Of a stretch of DNA of 64,000 nt, positions 28,058 through 35,528 are shown in pieces (within the stretch, counting starts at the first letter, position 1; each line of letters starts with the position of its first letter). The notes beneath the pieces were generated by a model. It searched no databases, had not been told where the DNA came from, and saw nothing but the letters and a program-made list of their open reading frames with translations. The DNA comes from Dehalococcoidia bacterium (lineage in GTDB: Bacteria; Chloroflexota; Dehalococcoidia; DSTF01; RBG-16-68-14), in contig JBBEBM010000059.1 in assembly GCA_040882355.1 (NCBI GenBank), positions 1 to 64,000 of the forward strand. The letters are read 5' to 3'. Position numbers and translations under genes: made by a program.

Positions 28058-28396
28058 CTACAACTCATCGACGGGCTTCGGGAACTCGCCATCACGGGCG
28101 GCGTCAATCATCTCGCGGGCTTCGCCGGGAAGGTCCATGCCGTACTCGTCGAACTTGCGCTCGACCCAGCGCCCGATCTGACGGGGGTCCTTGTACTCGT
28201 CCAGGCTCCGGGGTTCGGCGCCGTACTCCTCCAGCACGCGCTGCCCCGACTTGTGGTAGGCGAAGCGGGAGAGAGCGCGTGAGAGCTTCTTGCTGCCGCA
28301 GTGGCCGCACGCCGGCTTCGTAGCAGCGCCCATCGACTTCACGAAGACGCTGGTGAGACGGCCGCACGCGCCGCAGGTGTACTCGTAGATGGGCAT
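28058..28396 (-). CDS. FmdB family zinc-ribbon protein
   Basis: MPIYEYTCGACG...CGHCGS, DPRQIGRW. Confidence 0.9.
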   Translation of the reverse strand: MPIYEYTCGACGRLTSVFVKSMGAATKPACGHCGSKKLSRALSRFAYHKSGQRVLEEYGAEPRSLDEYKDPRQIGRWVERKFDEYGMDLPGEAREMIDAARDGEFPKPVDEL

Positions 28397-28397
28397 G

Positions 28398-28751
28398 TTA
28401 GCCGTCCGGCGACCAGTCGTCGCCGTCCTCCTCGGGGAAGCCGCCGGCCTCCATCTGGTCGATCGCCTCGTCGAAGTCGGAGCCCAGGTCGTCGCCCATC
28501 TCGTCCTTCATGCGACGGGCCCAGCGCGCGACGCTGCGCGGGTCGTTCTCGTCCACGTCGGCGAGCATGCGGTCGTCGAAGTCGTCGGACGAACCGCCGG
28601 CGGAGCGCACGACGGTGACGCGCGACATGAGGCGGCTGAGGCGCTTGCTGCCGCAGTGCTCGCACTTGGCCTGGACCGCGGTGCTCATGCTGCGCACGAA
28701 GACGCTGGTGCGCTTGCCGCACTTGCCGCAGCGGTACTCGTAGATCGGCAT
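28398..28751 (-). CDS. FmdB family zinc-ribbon protein
   Basis: MPIYEYRCGKCG...CEHCGS, DPRSVARW; TATACT -10 just upstream. Confidence 0.9.
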   Translation of the reverse strand: MPIYEYRCGKCGKRTSVFVRSMSTAVQAKCEHCGSKRLSRLMSRVTVVRSAGGSSDDFDDRMLADVDENDPRSVARWARRMKDEMGDDLGSDFDEAIDQMEAGGFPEEDGDDWSPDG

Positions 28752-28822
28752 GGCGAGCACAGTATACCGAGCGTCCGCGAGGGTGCGGCAAGCGGGGTTC
28801 GGCATGGTAGCTCGAAGCTGTC

Positions 28823-29191
28823 TCACTCGCCCTCGACCGCGCTCTCGATGTGCTGGACGGAGAGGACGCGGCCGCTCGTGTCGAGGTCGATGGCGATGAG
28901 GTCGATGCGGCGGCCTTCGGGCAGGTCCGGGTGCTGGACGCCGAACGCCTCGGCGACGAGCAGCAGGCGCTGCGCCTTGCGGGCGTCGATCGCTTCGAGG
29001 GCGGAGCCCATGGCGTTGCCACGGCGCGTCTTCACCTCGACGAAGGCGACGGTCTCGCCCTGCTGCGCGACGATGTCGACCTCGCCTTCGCGCACACGGA
29101 ACTTGGTGGCGAGGATGCGGTACCCCTTCGCCTCCAGGTGCGCCTTGGCGACGCGCTCACCGAAGTCACCGAGATCGCGGCGTGCGGCCAT
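28823..29191 (-). CDS. yraN: YraN family (UPF0102) endonuclease-like protein, intact copy
   Basis: LGDFGERVA..HL..KGYRIL..FR..EGEVDIVA...FVEVKTR, RIDLIAI; TGTATGAT -10 six nt before ATG. Confidence 0.92.
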   Translation of the reverse strand: MAARRDLGDFGERVAKAHLEAKGYRILATKFRVREGEVDIVAQQGETVAFVEVKTRRGNAMGSALEAIDARKAQRLLLVAEAFGVQHPDLPEGRRIDLIAIDLDTSGRVLSVQHIESAVEGE

Positions 29192-29286
29192 GGGCGCATC
29201 ATACACGGCAGCCCCGCCGGTAGCCTGCCGCGCGTCGGTCGGTCCGGCCTTTGCCGGAGGATCGCCGCAACCGCTGGTGGTGAAGC

Positions 29287-29763
29287 TCAGCGGCTGTGCC
29301 GGCGGAGTGCCTCTGTGACCGCAGGCGGAACATAGTCCTCGACGCTGCCTCCGTGCCGCGCAACATCCTTTATCAGGCTCGACGAGATGAAGCTCCACTG
29401 GGGATTCGTTGCGATGAAGAATGTGTCGACGTCTGGGGCGAGGCTGGAATTCATCTGCGCTTGCTGGAGTTCATACTCAAGGTCAGAGGCCGCTCTCAAG
29501 CCTTTTACGATTACTCGGATGCCGTGCTTCTTGGCGAGATCGACCGTCAGGCCAGCGTGTGGCACGACCTCGACGTTGCCTACATGCGATAGTACACCCT
29601 TCAGGAGAGAGACACGTTCATCAATGCTAAACAGTGGCGCCTTCGCGGCGTTCGTCACCACGGCGATCACAACCGACTCAAAGTGGCGACTGGCTCGCTC
29701 GACTATGTCGATGTGGCCGTTGGTCGGCGGATCGAACGAACCAGGATAGATGGCCCTTGTCAT
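29287..29763 (-). CDS. coaD: phosphopantetheine adenylyltransferase
   Basis: YPGSFDPPTNGHIDI, KGLRAASDLEYE.Q.A.MN, FISSSLIK. Confidence 0.95.
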   Translation of the reverse strand: MTRAIYPGSFDPPTNGHIDIVERASRHFESVVIAVVTNAAKAPLFSIDERVSLLKGVLSHVGNVEVVPHAGLTVDLAKKHGIRVIVKGLRAASDLEYELQQAQMNSSLAPDVDTFFIATNPQWSFISSSLIKDVARHGGSVEDYVPPAVTEALRRHSR

Positions 29764-29963
29764 CGGAAAGCCTCCCTAACCCCCGAAGGAGCGATGGGCA
29801 GGAAATGAATGCCAGCCCATCGCCGCGGCTCCTCGGCTTCTGATCATACCGCCGGATACCCTGGCCACATCGCCACCACCGCCCGGGCCACCGGCGCGGG
29901 AGCCGTTCATAGGCGATCTTGCACCCCAGCGGAGTCATCGTAGGTCTGTCCGGCCGCGCATCG

Positions 29964-30017
29964 GTGCGCCTTCGCGACGCGCTCGCCGAAATCACCGAGG
30001 GCGCGGCGGGAGGTCAT
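29964..30017 (-). repeat. yraN 5' remnant, copy 1
   Basis: Translates MTSRRALGDFGERVAKAH, then diverges; starts 3 nt after the GNAT stop codon. Confidence 0.92.
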
Positions 30018-30020
30018 GGG

Positions 30021-30530
30021 TTACGTGCCGAGCTCCTTGCGAAGACTGATCTCGATCAACCCGGACGTATGTCTCGACCCGGCCGAGCTGCCGTCTGGCG
30101 CGTATCCTGCACTTTCGTAGAGCTGCCTTGCGGCGGTAGCTGTGCTGGTCACGGACAGTCGTACAATGGTGCCGCCGCAAGCGGCGATCCATCCCTCGAT
30201 GTCGCTCAGGAGCCTCCTGGCGATCCCGCGGCGGCGAGCTTCCGGCGCCACAAACATCTCAACCCCGTGGAAGAGCTCGCGCTGTGATCCGTCACGGATC
30301 GCCGTGAAGAGGCCTACCGACTCGTCACCGCGCATCGCTAACAGCGTCATCGCGTCGTCTCCCGCCGCGCTGCGCGCCGCCCGCCCGGCCCATGTCTCAT
30401 CAGGAAAGGCGGCTTCCCGTTCGTAGGTCGAGCCGAATGAAGCGGGGTCGGTAACAAGCGCGCGCAGCCGGATCCGCTTCAGGAGCGCACCGTCCGAATC
30501 CTCCACTCGCCGAACAACGATGTCGCTCAC
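30021..30530 (-). CDS. GNAT family N-acetyltransferase
   Basis: RLRALVTDPASFGST, MFVAPEARRRGIA, ARQLYESAGY; start moved to GTG 30530. Confidence 0.88.
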   Translation of the reverse strand: MSDIVVRRVEDSDGALLKRIRLRALVTDPASFGSTYEREAAFPDETWAGRAARSAAGDDAMTLLAMRGDESVGLFTAIRDGSQRELFHGVEMFVAPEARRRGIARRLLSDIEGWIAACGGTIVRLSVTSTATAARQLYESAGYAPDGSSAGSRHTSGLIEISLRKELGT

Positions 30531-30589
30531 GACGTTCAGTCTAGCCTGCCGTTCTGTTCGGCCGCGGTGCGTTCGCCGTCTCGTTGCAC

Positions 30590-31042
30590 CTAGGAGCCTC
30601 GGTCTTGGCGCCAGCGCGCGATCCAGGCGGTGTGCTGCGCCTCGTGGCTGCTGACGAGACCGGCCTCGCCGTAGAGCGAGGTGTCGAGGCCGCGGTCGGT
30701 CGCCGAGGCGATGGCGTCGAGCAGGCGTTGCCGGGACGTCGCCAGCTCCCACCGTACCTGCTCGAGCGAGAGGTCGCGGCGCTCGTCGTACACGATCTCG
30801 TTGAGCGCCTCGTCCTGCTCGGGGCGCATGCGCCAGGCGGAGTCGTAGCCGGCGGAGATGCGTTCGACCTCGCTCGCGCGGATGTCGTCCCAGAAGGCGA
30901 TGTGCCCCAGGTGGTCTTTGACCGACCAGCCATCGACCGAGCGCTCCGTCAGCAGCTCGTCGCTGAGGCCGTCGATGGTGGCTAGCAACGCCTCGCGGGT
31001 CTCGCGGTAGTGTTGCAGCAGGGCGTCACGGTCCTCGGTCAT
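30590..31042 (-). CDS. DinB/ClbS/DfsB-like four-helix bundle protein
   Basis: GWSVKDHLGHIAFWD, HEAQHTAWI; AGGAG RBS. Confidence 0.85.
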   Translation of the reverse strand: MTEDRDALLQHYRETREALLATIDGLSDELLTERSVDGWSVKDHLGHIAFWDDIRASEVERISAGYDSAWRMRPEQDEALNEIVYDERRDLSLEQVRWELATSRQRLLDAIASATDRGLDTSLYGEAGLVSSHEAQHTAWIARWRQDRGS

Positions 31043-31058
31043 GGTTGTCTCCTAGACG

Positions 31059-31139
31059 GTGCGCCTTCGCGACGCGCTCGCCGAAGTCACCGAGGTCGCG
31101 GCGGTCGGTCATGGGCGCATGATACACGCATAGCAGCCG
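31059..31139 (-). repeat. yraN 5' remnant, copy 2, including its leaderless promoter
   Basis: Translates MTDRRDLGDFGERVAKAH; upstream GTGTATCATGCGCCC-ATG matches GTGTATGATGCGCCC-ATG of intact yraN. Confidence 0.93.
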
Positions 31140-31206
31140 TGGTAGGCTGCGCCCTGCGGCGTGCTATACTCCGCACAACGTTGATACGGAAGAAGGAGGT
31201 CCAACC

Positions 31207-31251
31207 ATGAGAACAACAACGCTCCTGCGCCCCGAGGTCCGAGCGGCCTAG
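31207..31251 (+). CDS. putative 14-aa leader peptide MRTTTLLRPEVRAA
   Basis: AAGGAGGT RBS, TGCTATACT extended -10 upstream, overlapping hairpin; precedes the nucleotidyltransferase gene. Confidence 0.6.
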   Translation: MRTTTLLRPEVRAA

Positions 31252-31368
31252 CCAAGGCAACCTCCGCTCGACATCGGGTGCGCTCCTGCCCGACTGTCGT
31301 TTCGTATCGCGCGCCATCCCACGCCGGCTCCGGCCGTGGACGCGGCGCCCCACCACAAGGAGCATCTC

Positions 31369-32019
31369 TTGTCTACCTCTGTCTCACATCAACCGACGAC
31401 GCCCGTGCCGGAACCGGTCGCCCGCGTCGCCGACATCATGTCCTCCTACGGCCCCACGTGGTGCCTGTGCGGCGGCTGGGCCGTCGATGCCTGGCTCGGC
31501 CGCCTGACTCGCGACCACGGTGACGTCGACTTCGCCATCTTTCAAGACGACCTGAGCGCCTTCTTCGATCACATGGCCGGCTGGCACCTCATCGCCCACG
31601 ACCCGAACGTCCCGGACAACACTTCCGAACCCTGGGACGGGCGCTCCCTTGATCTCCCCGCCCACATCCACGCTCGCTCGTCGGAAGCTGGCGACCGGCT
31701 CTCGGACCGCCTGGACGACCCCGCGCAGCAGGGCTTCGAGCTGGATATCCAGATCAACGAGCACTCCGGCGGGGACTGGATCATGAGCCGCGAGCCCCGC
31801 ATCACCATACCGCTACGCCAATGTGTCCGGCGGTCCGGCTGGGGTCTGCCCACACTGGCCCCGGAAGCCGTCCTCCTCTACAAGGCCCAGGAACCGCGCC
31901 GCCGCGACAAGCTGGACTTCCTCGCCCTTCTCCCTCAGCTCACCGATGGGCAGCGCGACTGGCTCCGGAGCGCGATCTCACTCCTCGACCACCCGTGGCT
32001 GACTCATTTCGGCGAATAG
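31369..32019 (+). CDS. ANT(2'')/Lnu-like nucleotidyltransferase
   Basis: WCLCGGWAVDAWLGRLTRDHGDVD, LAPEAVLLYKA..PRRRDKLDF, HPW; TTG start after AAGGAG. Confidence 0.82.
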   Translation: MSTSVSHQPTTPVPEPVARVADIMSSYGPTWCLCGGWAVDAWLGRLTRDHGDVDFAIFQDDLSAFFDHMAGWHLIAHDPNVPDNTSEPWDGRSLDLPAHIHARSSEAGDRLSDRLDDPAQQGFELDIQINEHSGGDWIMSREPRITIPLRQCVRRSGWGLPTLAPEAVLLYKAQEPRRRDKLDFLALLPQLTDGQRDWLRSAISLLDHPWLTHFGE

Positions 32020-32043
32020 AGCGAGTCGCACTCCATGCCTACA

Positions 32044-32200
32044 AGCGTTTCATGTCAGTACGTTTTGCAAAATCGCCTTTTTCGCCGGAACACGGCGATC
32101 CTCTCTTCCTGCGCCGAGTCTGGCAACGCGGCCCGACGGCGCGGGTTCCCACGACGTCTTGTCGAGCATGAGGGTAAGGCCGCGTGGCGAGAGCGCCAAG
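32044..32200. repeat. 157-bp direct repeat, copy A
   Basis: AGCGTTTCATGTCAGTACGTTTTGCAAAATCGCCTTTTTCGCCGGA... shared with 32758-32914. Confidence 0.9.
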
Positions 32201-32277
32201 CGGTGGGTGGCTCGCCCGACGCGCGGGTCGGAGTTACCGAGGACGTGGGCGGGAGGTCGACTCGCTATCCGCCGCGG

Positions 32278-32646
32278 TCACGGCGTGTACAGCTCGATCT
32301 CGTAGCCGTCGAGGTCGGTGAAGTAGATGAACGGCTGGCCCTCGCCGTGGGCGCCGGTGCGGAGCACGGTACCGCCGGCGGCCTCGATCTCCGCGACCGC
32401 GGCGGCGATATCGACGCCCGATTCGAGCGCGAATCCGAAGTGGACGACGCCGCCAGGGGCGCCGGCCGGGCCATCGGGCGACTGGTGCAGGGTGATCAGG
32501 TCGCCGCCGCCGGGCACGCTGACGAAGATGAGGTCGCCCTCGCGGAACTGCTCTTCGACACCCAGCAGGCGCTGCCAGAACGCGAGCGAGCGCTCGCCGT
32601 CGCGGACGACGAACTGGATGTGGCGCAGGCCCTTGGTGCGGATCAT
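32278..32646 (-). CDS. VOC/glyoxalase family protein
   Basis: GLRHIQFVVRDGERSLAFW..LLG, HFGF, YFTDLDGYEIEL; AGGAGG RBS. Confidence 0.9.
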   Translation of the reverse strand: MIRTKGLRHIQFVVRDGERSLAFWQRLLGVEEQFREGDLIFVSVPGGGDLITLHQSPDGPAGAPGGVVHFGFALESGVDIAAAVAEIEAAGGTVLRTGAHGEGQPFIYFTDLDGYEIELYTP

Positions 32647-32757
32647 GCGGCGGTCCTCCTGTCGCGCGAGTTCGCGAGGCTCATGATACCTCGATCGCCG
32701 GTTTCGGACGGGGCCGCGAGGCCGGGTCAGGCTCGACAAGGCCTCCTCCGGCGGGTG

Positions 32758-32914
32758 AGCGTTTCATGTCAGTACGTTTTGCAAAATCGCCTTTTTCGCC
32801 GGAGTGCGGCGGTCCTCCCTTCCTGCGCCGAGTCTGCGAGCGCGGCCCCGAAGCGTGCCTTCCCACGACGGGTTGTGTAGCACGAGGGTAAGGCCGCGCG
32901 GCGAGATCGCCAAG
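32758..32914. repeat. 157-bp direct repeat, copy B
   Basis: Same length and same first ~45 nt as copy A, more diverged centre, shared end GAGGGTAAGGCCGCG.GGCGAGA.CGCCAAG. Confidence 0.9.
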
Positions 32915-32928
32915 GCGCAGGTGGCGCA

Positions 32929-32980
32929 TAGGTGCGCAGCGGCGTCGCGCTTGTCGAAGTCAGCGAGGCGCTGGCGGGGG
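32929..32980 (-). repeat. yraN 5' remnant, copy 3 (decayed)
   Basis: Translates RQRLADFDKRDAAAHL versus RRDLGDFGERVAKAHL. Confidence 0.75.
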
Positions 32981-33039
32981 CGGCTTGAGCGTGTGTCGCA
33001 TCGGAGCGTGGTAGCGGCTGTGGTACCATCTCGGCTGCG

Positions 33040-33555
33040 ATGCGACGCGCTCTTGTGGTACTGGCAGCTGGCGCTCTGTTGCTGGCCGGCGCAGGCTTTG
33101 CCATCTTCATCCTCTGGATCAGCGGTGCTCTCTGGGCGGGCAGCGAGGAGGTCCGGCAGTCCTTGTGTGACGATTTAGGCGACTGGCATGCCACGCAGTC
33201 TGCATTCTTGAAACGGGTGAACGAACCCCGCAGTCTTGAGGAACCTCGCCTTCAAACCACTCAAGACCTGTTTGTAGACTCCGCCCGGTTAGCGCTGCCC
33301 CCAGCTGATGGAGAGCAGGAAGAGGAGCTGCGAGCGAACCTCCGAGAGGCCGTGCGTCTGGAGGAGCAGTGGCTGTCTGAACTGAGCCTCTATGAAGGCC
33401 TGACCAGTACAGGATCGTCGGCTTCTAGTGAGCAGCGCGTGGCATCGTACAGGCGAGCCGAGGAACTCCGGGTGTCGCTCAATGACGCGCTGCGGGAGGC
33501 CAATGCCCAACTCGAAGGGTCATGCGGCCTCGCGCCGCTGCCTCTTTACGAGTAA
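33040..33555 (+). CDS. hypothetical membrane-anchored protein
   Basis: N-terminal hydrophobic helix, helical body with two Cys; atypical codon usage. Confidence 0.65.
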   Translation: MRRALVVLAAGALLLAGAGFAIFILWISGALWAGSEEVRQSLCDDLGDWHATQSAFLKRVNEPRSLEEPRLQTTQDLFVDSARLALPPADGEQEEELRANLREAVRLEEQWLSELSLYEGLTSTGSSASSEQRVASYRRAEELRVSLNDALREANAQLEGSCGLAPLPLYE

Positions 33556-33567
33556 GCCTACCGCCCA

Positions 33568-34134
33568 TTAGTCCCCTGCGCTTATCACGTTCTCGATCCG
33601 CCGGTTCAGGTCGTACCGGCGCTCGCTCGATTCATCGAATTGCTTCCTAGTCGCGTCATATGCCTCGCGCAGCACTTTCTCGTCGCGCGGCAGCTGGGCC
33701 GTGATTCCCAGGGCGAATAGCTGGCGGCTCGAATTGTAGTAGTCGTCCGCGAGCTTCTGGGCCAGTTCCGCGACCTGCTTGTCCGCCACCTGCATCGACG
33801 TCTCAAGGATTCGGCTGCTCAGATTGACGTCCAGGAAGTGCTGCGCGGCGGCGACCATGCGATCCTGCGCTGCGCGATCCGTGCCGCCTGAGAGCGCAAG
33901 GTTCATCCTCCTCACTGCGGCGTGGAACTCGCCGAAGGCAGCGAGTAGTTCGCCATAGCGTTCTCGTCGCCACGCCGTCAACCGCTCCCTGCGCTGGTGG
34001 TCGCCCTGCGCCGTCGTCGTCTTGTCCAGAGTCTCGCGTTGCGTCCGGTTCTGTTCGTGGACCGCGTAGAAGCCGATCAGGGCAACGACGACTCCACTGA
34101 CCAACGGCACCAGCGTCCTTAGCACCTCATCCAT
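33568..34134 (-). CDS. hypothetical protein with N-terminal TM
   Basis: AGGAGGG RBS; TM followed by helical region. Confidence 0.7.
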   Translation of the reverse strand: MDEVLRTLVPLVSGVVVALIGFYAVHEQNRTQRETLDKTTTAQGDHQRRERLTAWRRERYGELLAAFGEFHAAVRRMNLALSGGTDRAAQDRMVAAAQHFLDVNLSSRILETSMQVADKQVAELAQKLADDYYNSSRQLFALGITAQLPRDEKVLREAYDATRKQFDESSERRYDLNRRIENVISAGD

Positions 34135-34215
34135 GACATGTCCCTCCTAAGAGGAGTGCTATCGCGCCGGCCGAGGCGCGAGGAGGAATCACCTTAGGCA
34201 CCCTCCGATCGCGCA

Positions 34216-34272
34216 TAGGTGCGCCTTCGCGACACGTTCACTCAAGTCATCCAGGGCGCGGCGGGCGTTCAC
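34216..34272 (-). repeat. yraN 5' remnant, copy 4
   Basis: GTG start overlaps the upstream gene stop (GTGA); translates MNARRALDDLSERVAKAHL. Confidence 0.88.
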
Positions 34273-35273
34273 GTCACAATCAGCTTCGTCCCGGAACTGG
34301 CGATCGTTCGCCCGGCTGCGGACGCGTCCGCAAGGGTTGTGACGCAATCTCCGTCAACGAGGAGGACCAGGTCAATGTTGGCTGGGAGATTGAGCGTTGG
34401 AAACACCCGCTTCGCGTCCTCGGCTACTGCGTTGGAATAGCCTATTCGTTCCAAAATCACGACATGATTCTCCGCCCATCGTTCTCGAAACTTGACAGCC
34501 GCCTTGTCCAGCGCTTCCTGTAGCTCTTCACGCAATCCTGGCTCGGCCCAGCCGAAATGCATAGCGGAGACGTGTACACCGTCTCTGGTGCTCGTCGCAA
34601 ATCGGGTAAGCTTCCACTCCTCTTCCCACTCGACGGCAGCAGGCTGGCCTTTTTCGCTTCGGTGGCAGGCTTCAATTAGGCTGGTCTGGAAATCGCGGCG
34701 GGCAGCGTCTGTGATGAAGGAGTGGTGCCAGCGATTCGCGGCGTCGCCATCGTTGAAGTAATAAATGCCAGTAACAGAGTTTCCGATTTCACGCACAACC
34801 TCGTCTGTCCGATGAGCATGCCAGCAGTTGACGAATGGTCCGTCGGACTTGGAGATGCACGTCATCTCGCCTGATCGTGAAATGCGGATCGCGCCCTCTC
34901 CGCCGGGGCGAATGGTCTTGCCCACCCTCTCAAGTTCCCTCTTGACCCTCGGGATGAGCGGGGGCGGCATCGGCAGTCGAAACCCAGGGCAGGGCCAAAG
35001 TGAGTAGCTCCCGCCGTAGGAGGGCACGAGCCGCCGGAACAGCGACTCATTGCTCGTCGAATACGCGCGGGTCGCAGCATCGCCCACAAGTCGCTTCACC
35101 TCGATGGCCGCTGTCGTGACGCCGTTCGTGACCATGCACTCCGGCGTTGGCTTCCAAGGGTACCTCTCCGCCAGGGTGCTGCCGTCCGGCGGCTGCCACT
35201 TCGCGCCGATTACGGCATCAAGGGTTGGCAACACGAGCCGAATGACACGCTCTTCCTGGGCGGTGAGAGGCAT
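34269..35273 (-). CDS. hypothetical protein, possible PD-(D/E)XK nuclease fold
   Basis: TPEC...AIEVKRL motif; lower GC; TATAAT -10 eight nt before ATG 35273. Confidence 0.6.
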   Translation of the reverse strand: MPLTAQEERVIRLVLPTLDAVIGAKWQPPDGSTLAERYPWKPTPECMVTNGVTTAAIEVKRLVGDAATRAYSTSNESLFRRLVPSYGGSYSLWPCPGFRLPMPPPLIPRVKRELERVGKTIRPGGEGAIRISRSGEMTCISKSDGPFVNCWHAHRTDEVVREIGNSVTGIYYFNDGDAANRWHHSFITDAARRDFQTSLIEACHRSEKGQPAAVEWEEEWKLTRFATSTRDGVHVSAMHFGWAEPGLREELQEALDKAAVKFRERWAENHVVILERIGYSNAVAEDAKRVFPTLNLPANIDLVLLVDGDCVTTLADASAAGRTIASSGTKLIVT

Positions 35274-35340
35274 GGCTAGCATTATATGGGCTAGGACGGG
35301 CGTTCTACAAGGTGGCATGGAAACTGACGCGGAAAGGGCC

Positions 35341-35482
35341 GCCAATCGCCGAGGTCACCGAAGGCCCCGTCCCTCACCCGCCGGCCAGCGCGAGCTGCTC
35401 GCCCTCGATGCGGGCGCGGGCGGGGGCGAAGGAGCGGCGGTGGATGGCGCAGGGGGCCGTGCTCGGCGAGGGCGCGCTGGTG
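35341..35482 (-). pseudogene. duplicated rnhB 3' end followed by a heavily decayed yraN start
   Basis: HQRALAEHGP(+1 frameshift)CAIHRRSFAPARARIEGEQLALAGG* matches the RnhB C-terminus; then TTCGGTGACCTCGGCGA (FGDLGD versus LGDFGE). Confidence 0.88.
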
Positions 35483-35528
35483 GGCGACTGAGGCGCGACG
35501 CCTGAATCCTCGCACTGCGCGTCGCCGC

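Noticed and set aside
32035..32880. 281-aa ORF with repeated VSCQYVLQNRLFRR
   Set aside because: Read-through of the two 157-bp DNA repeats and antisense to the VOC gene
29964..34272. yraN stubs as a CRISPR array or integron attC sites
   Set aside because: Spacing is 1-2 kb with whole genes between; the repeats are protein-coding remnants; no cas or intI gene and no RYYYAAC...GTTRRRY boxes seen
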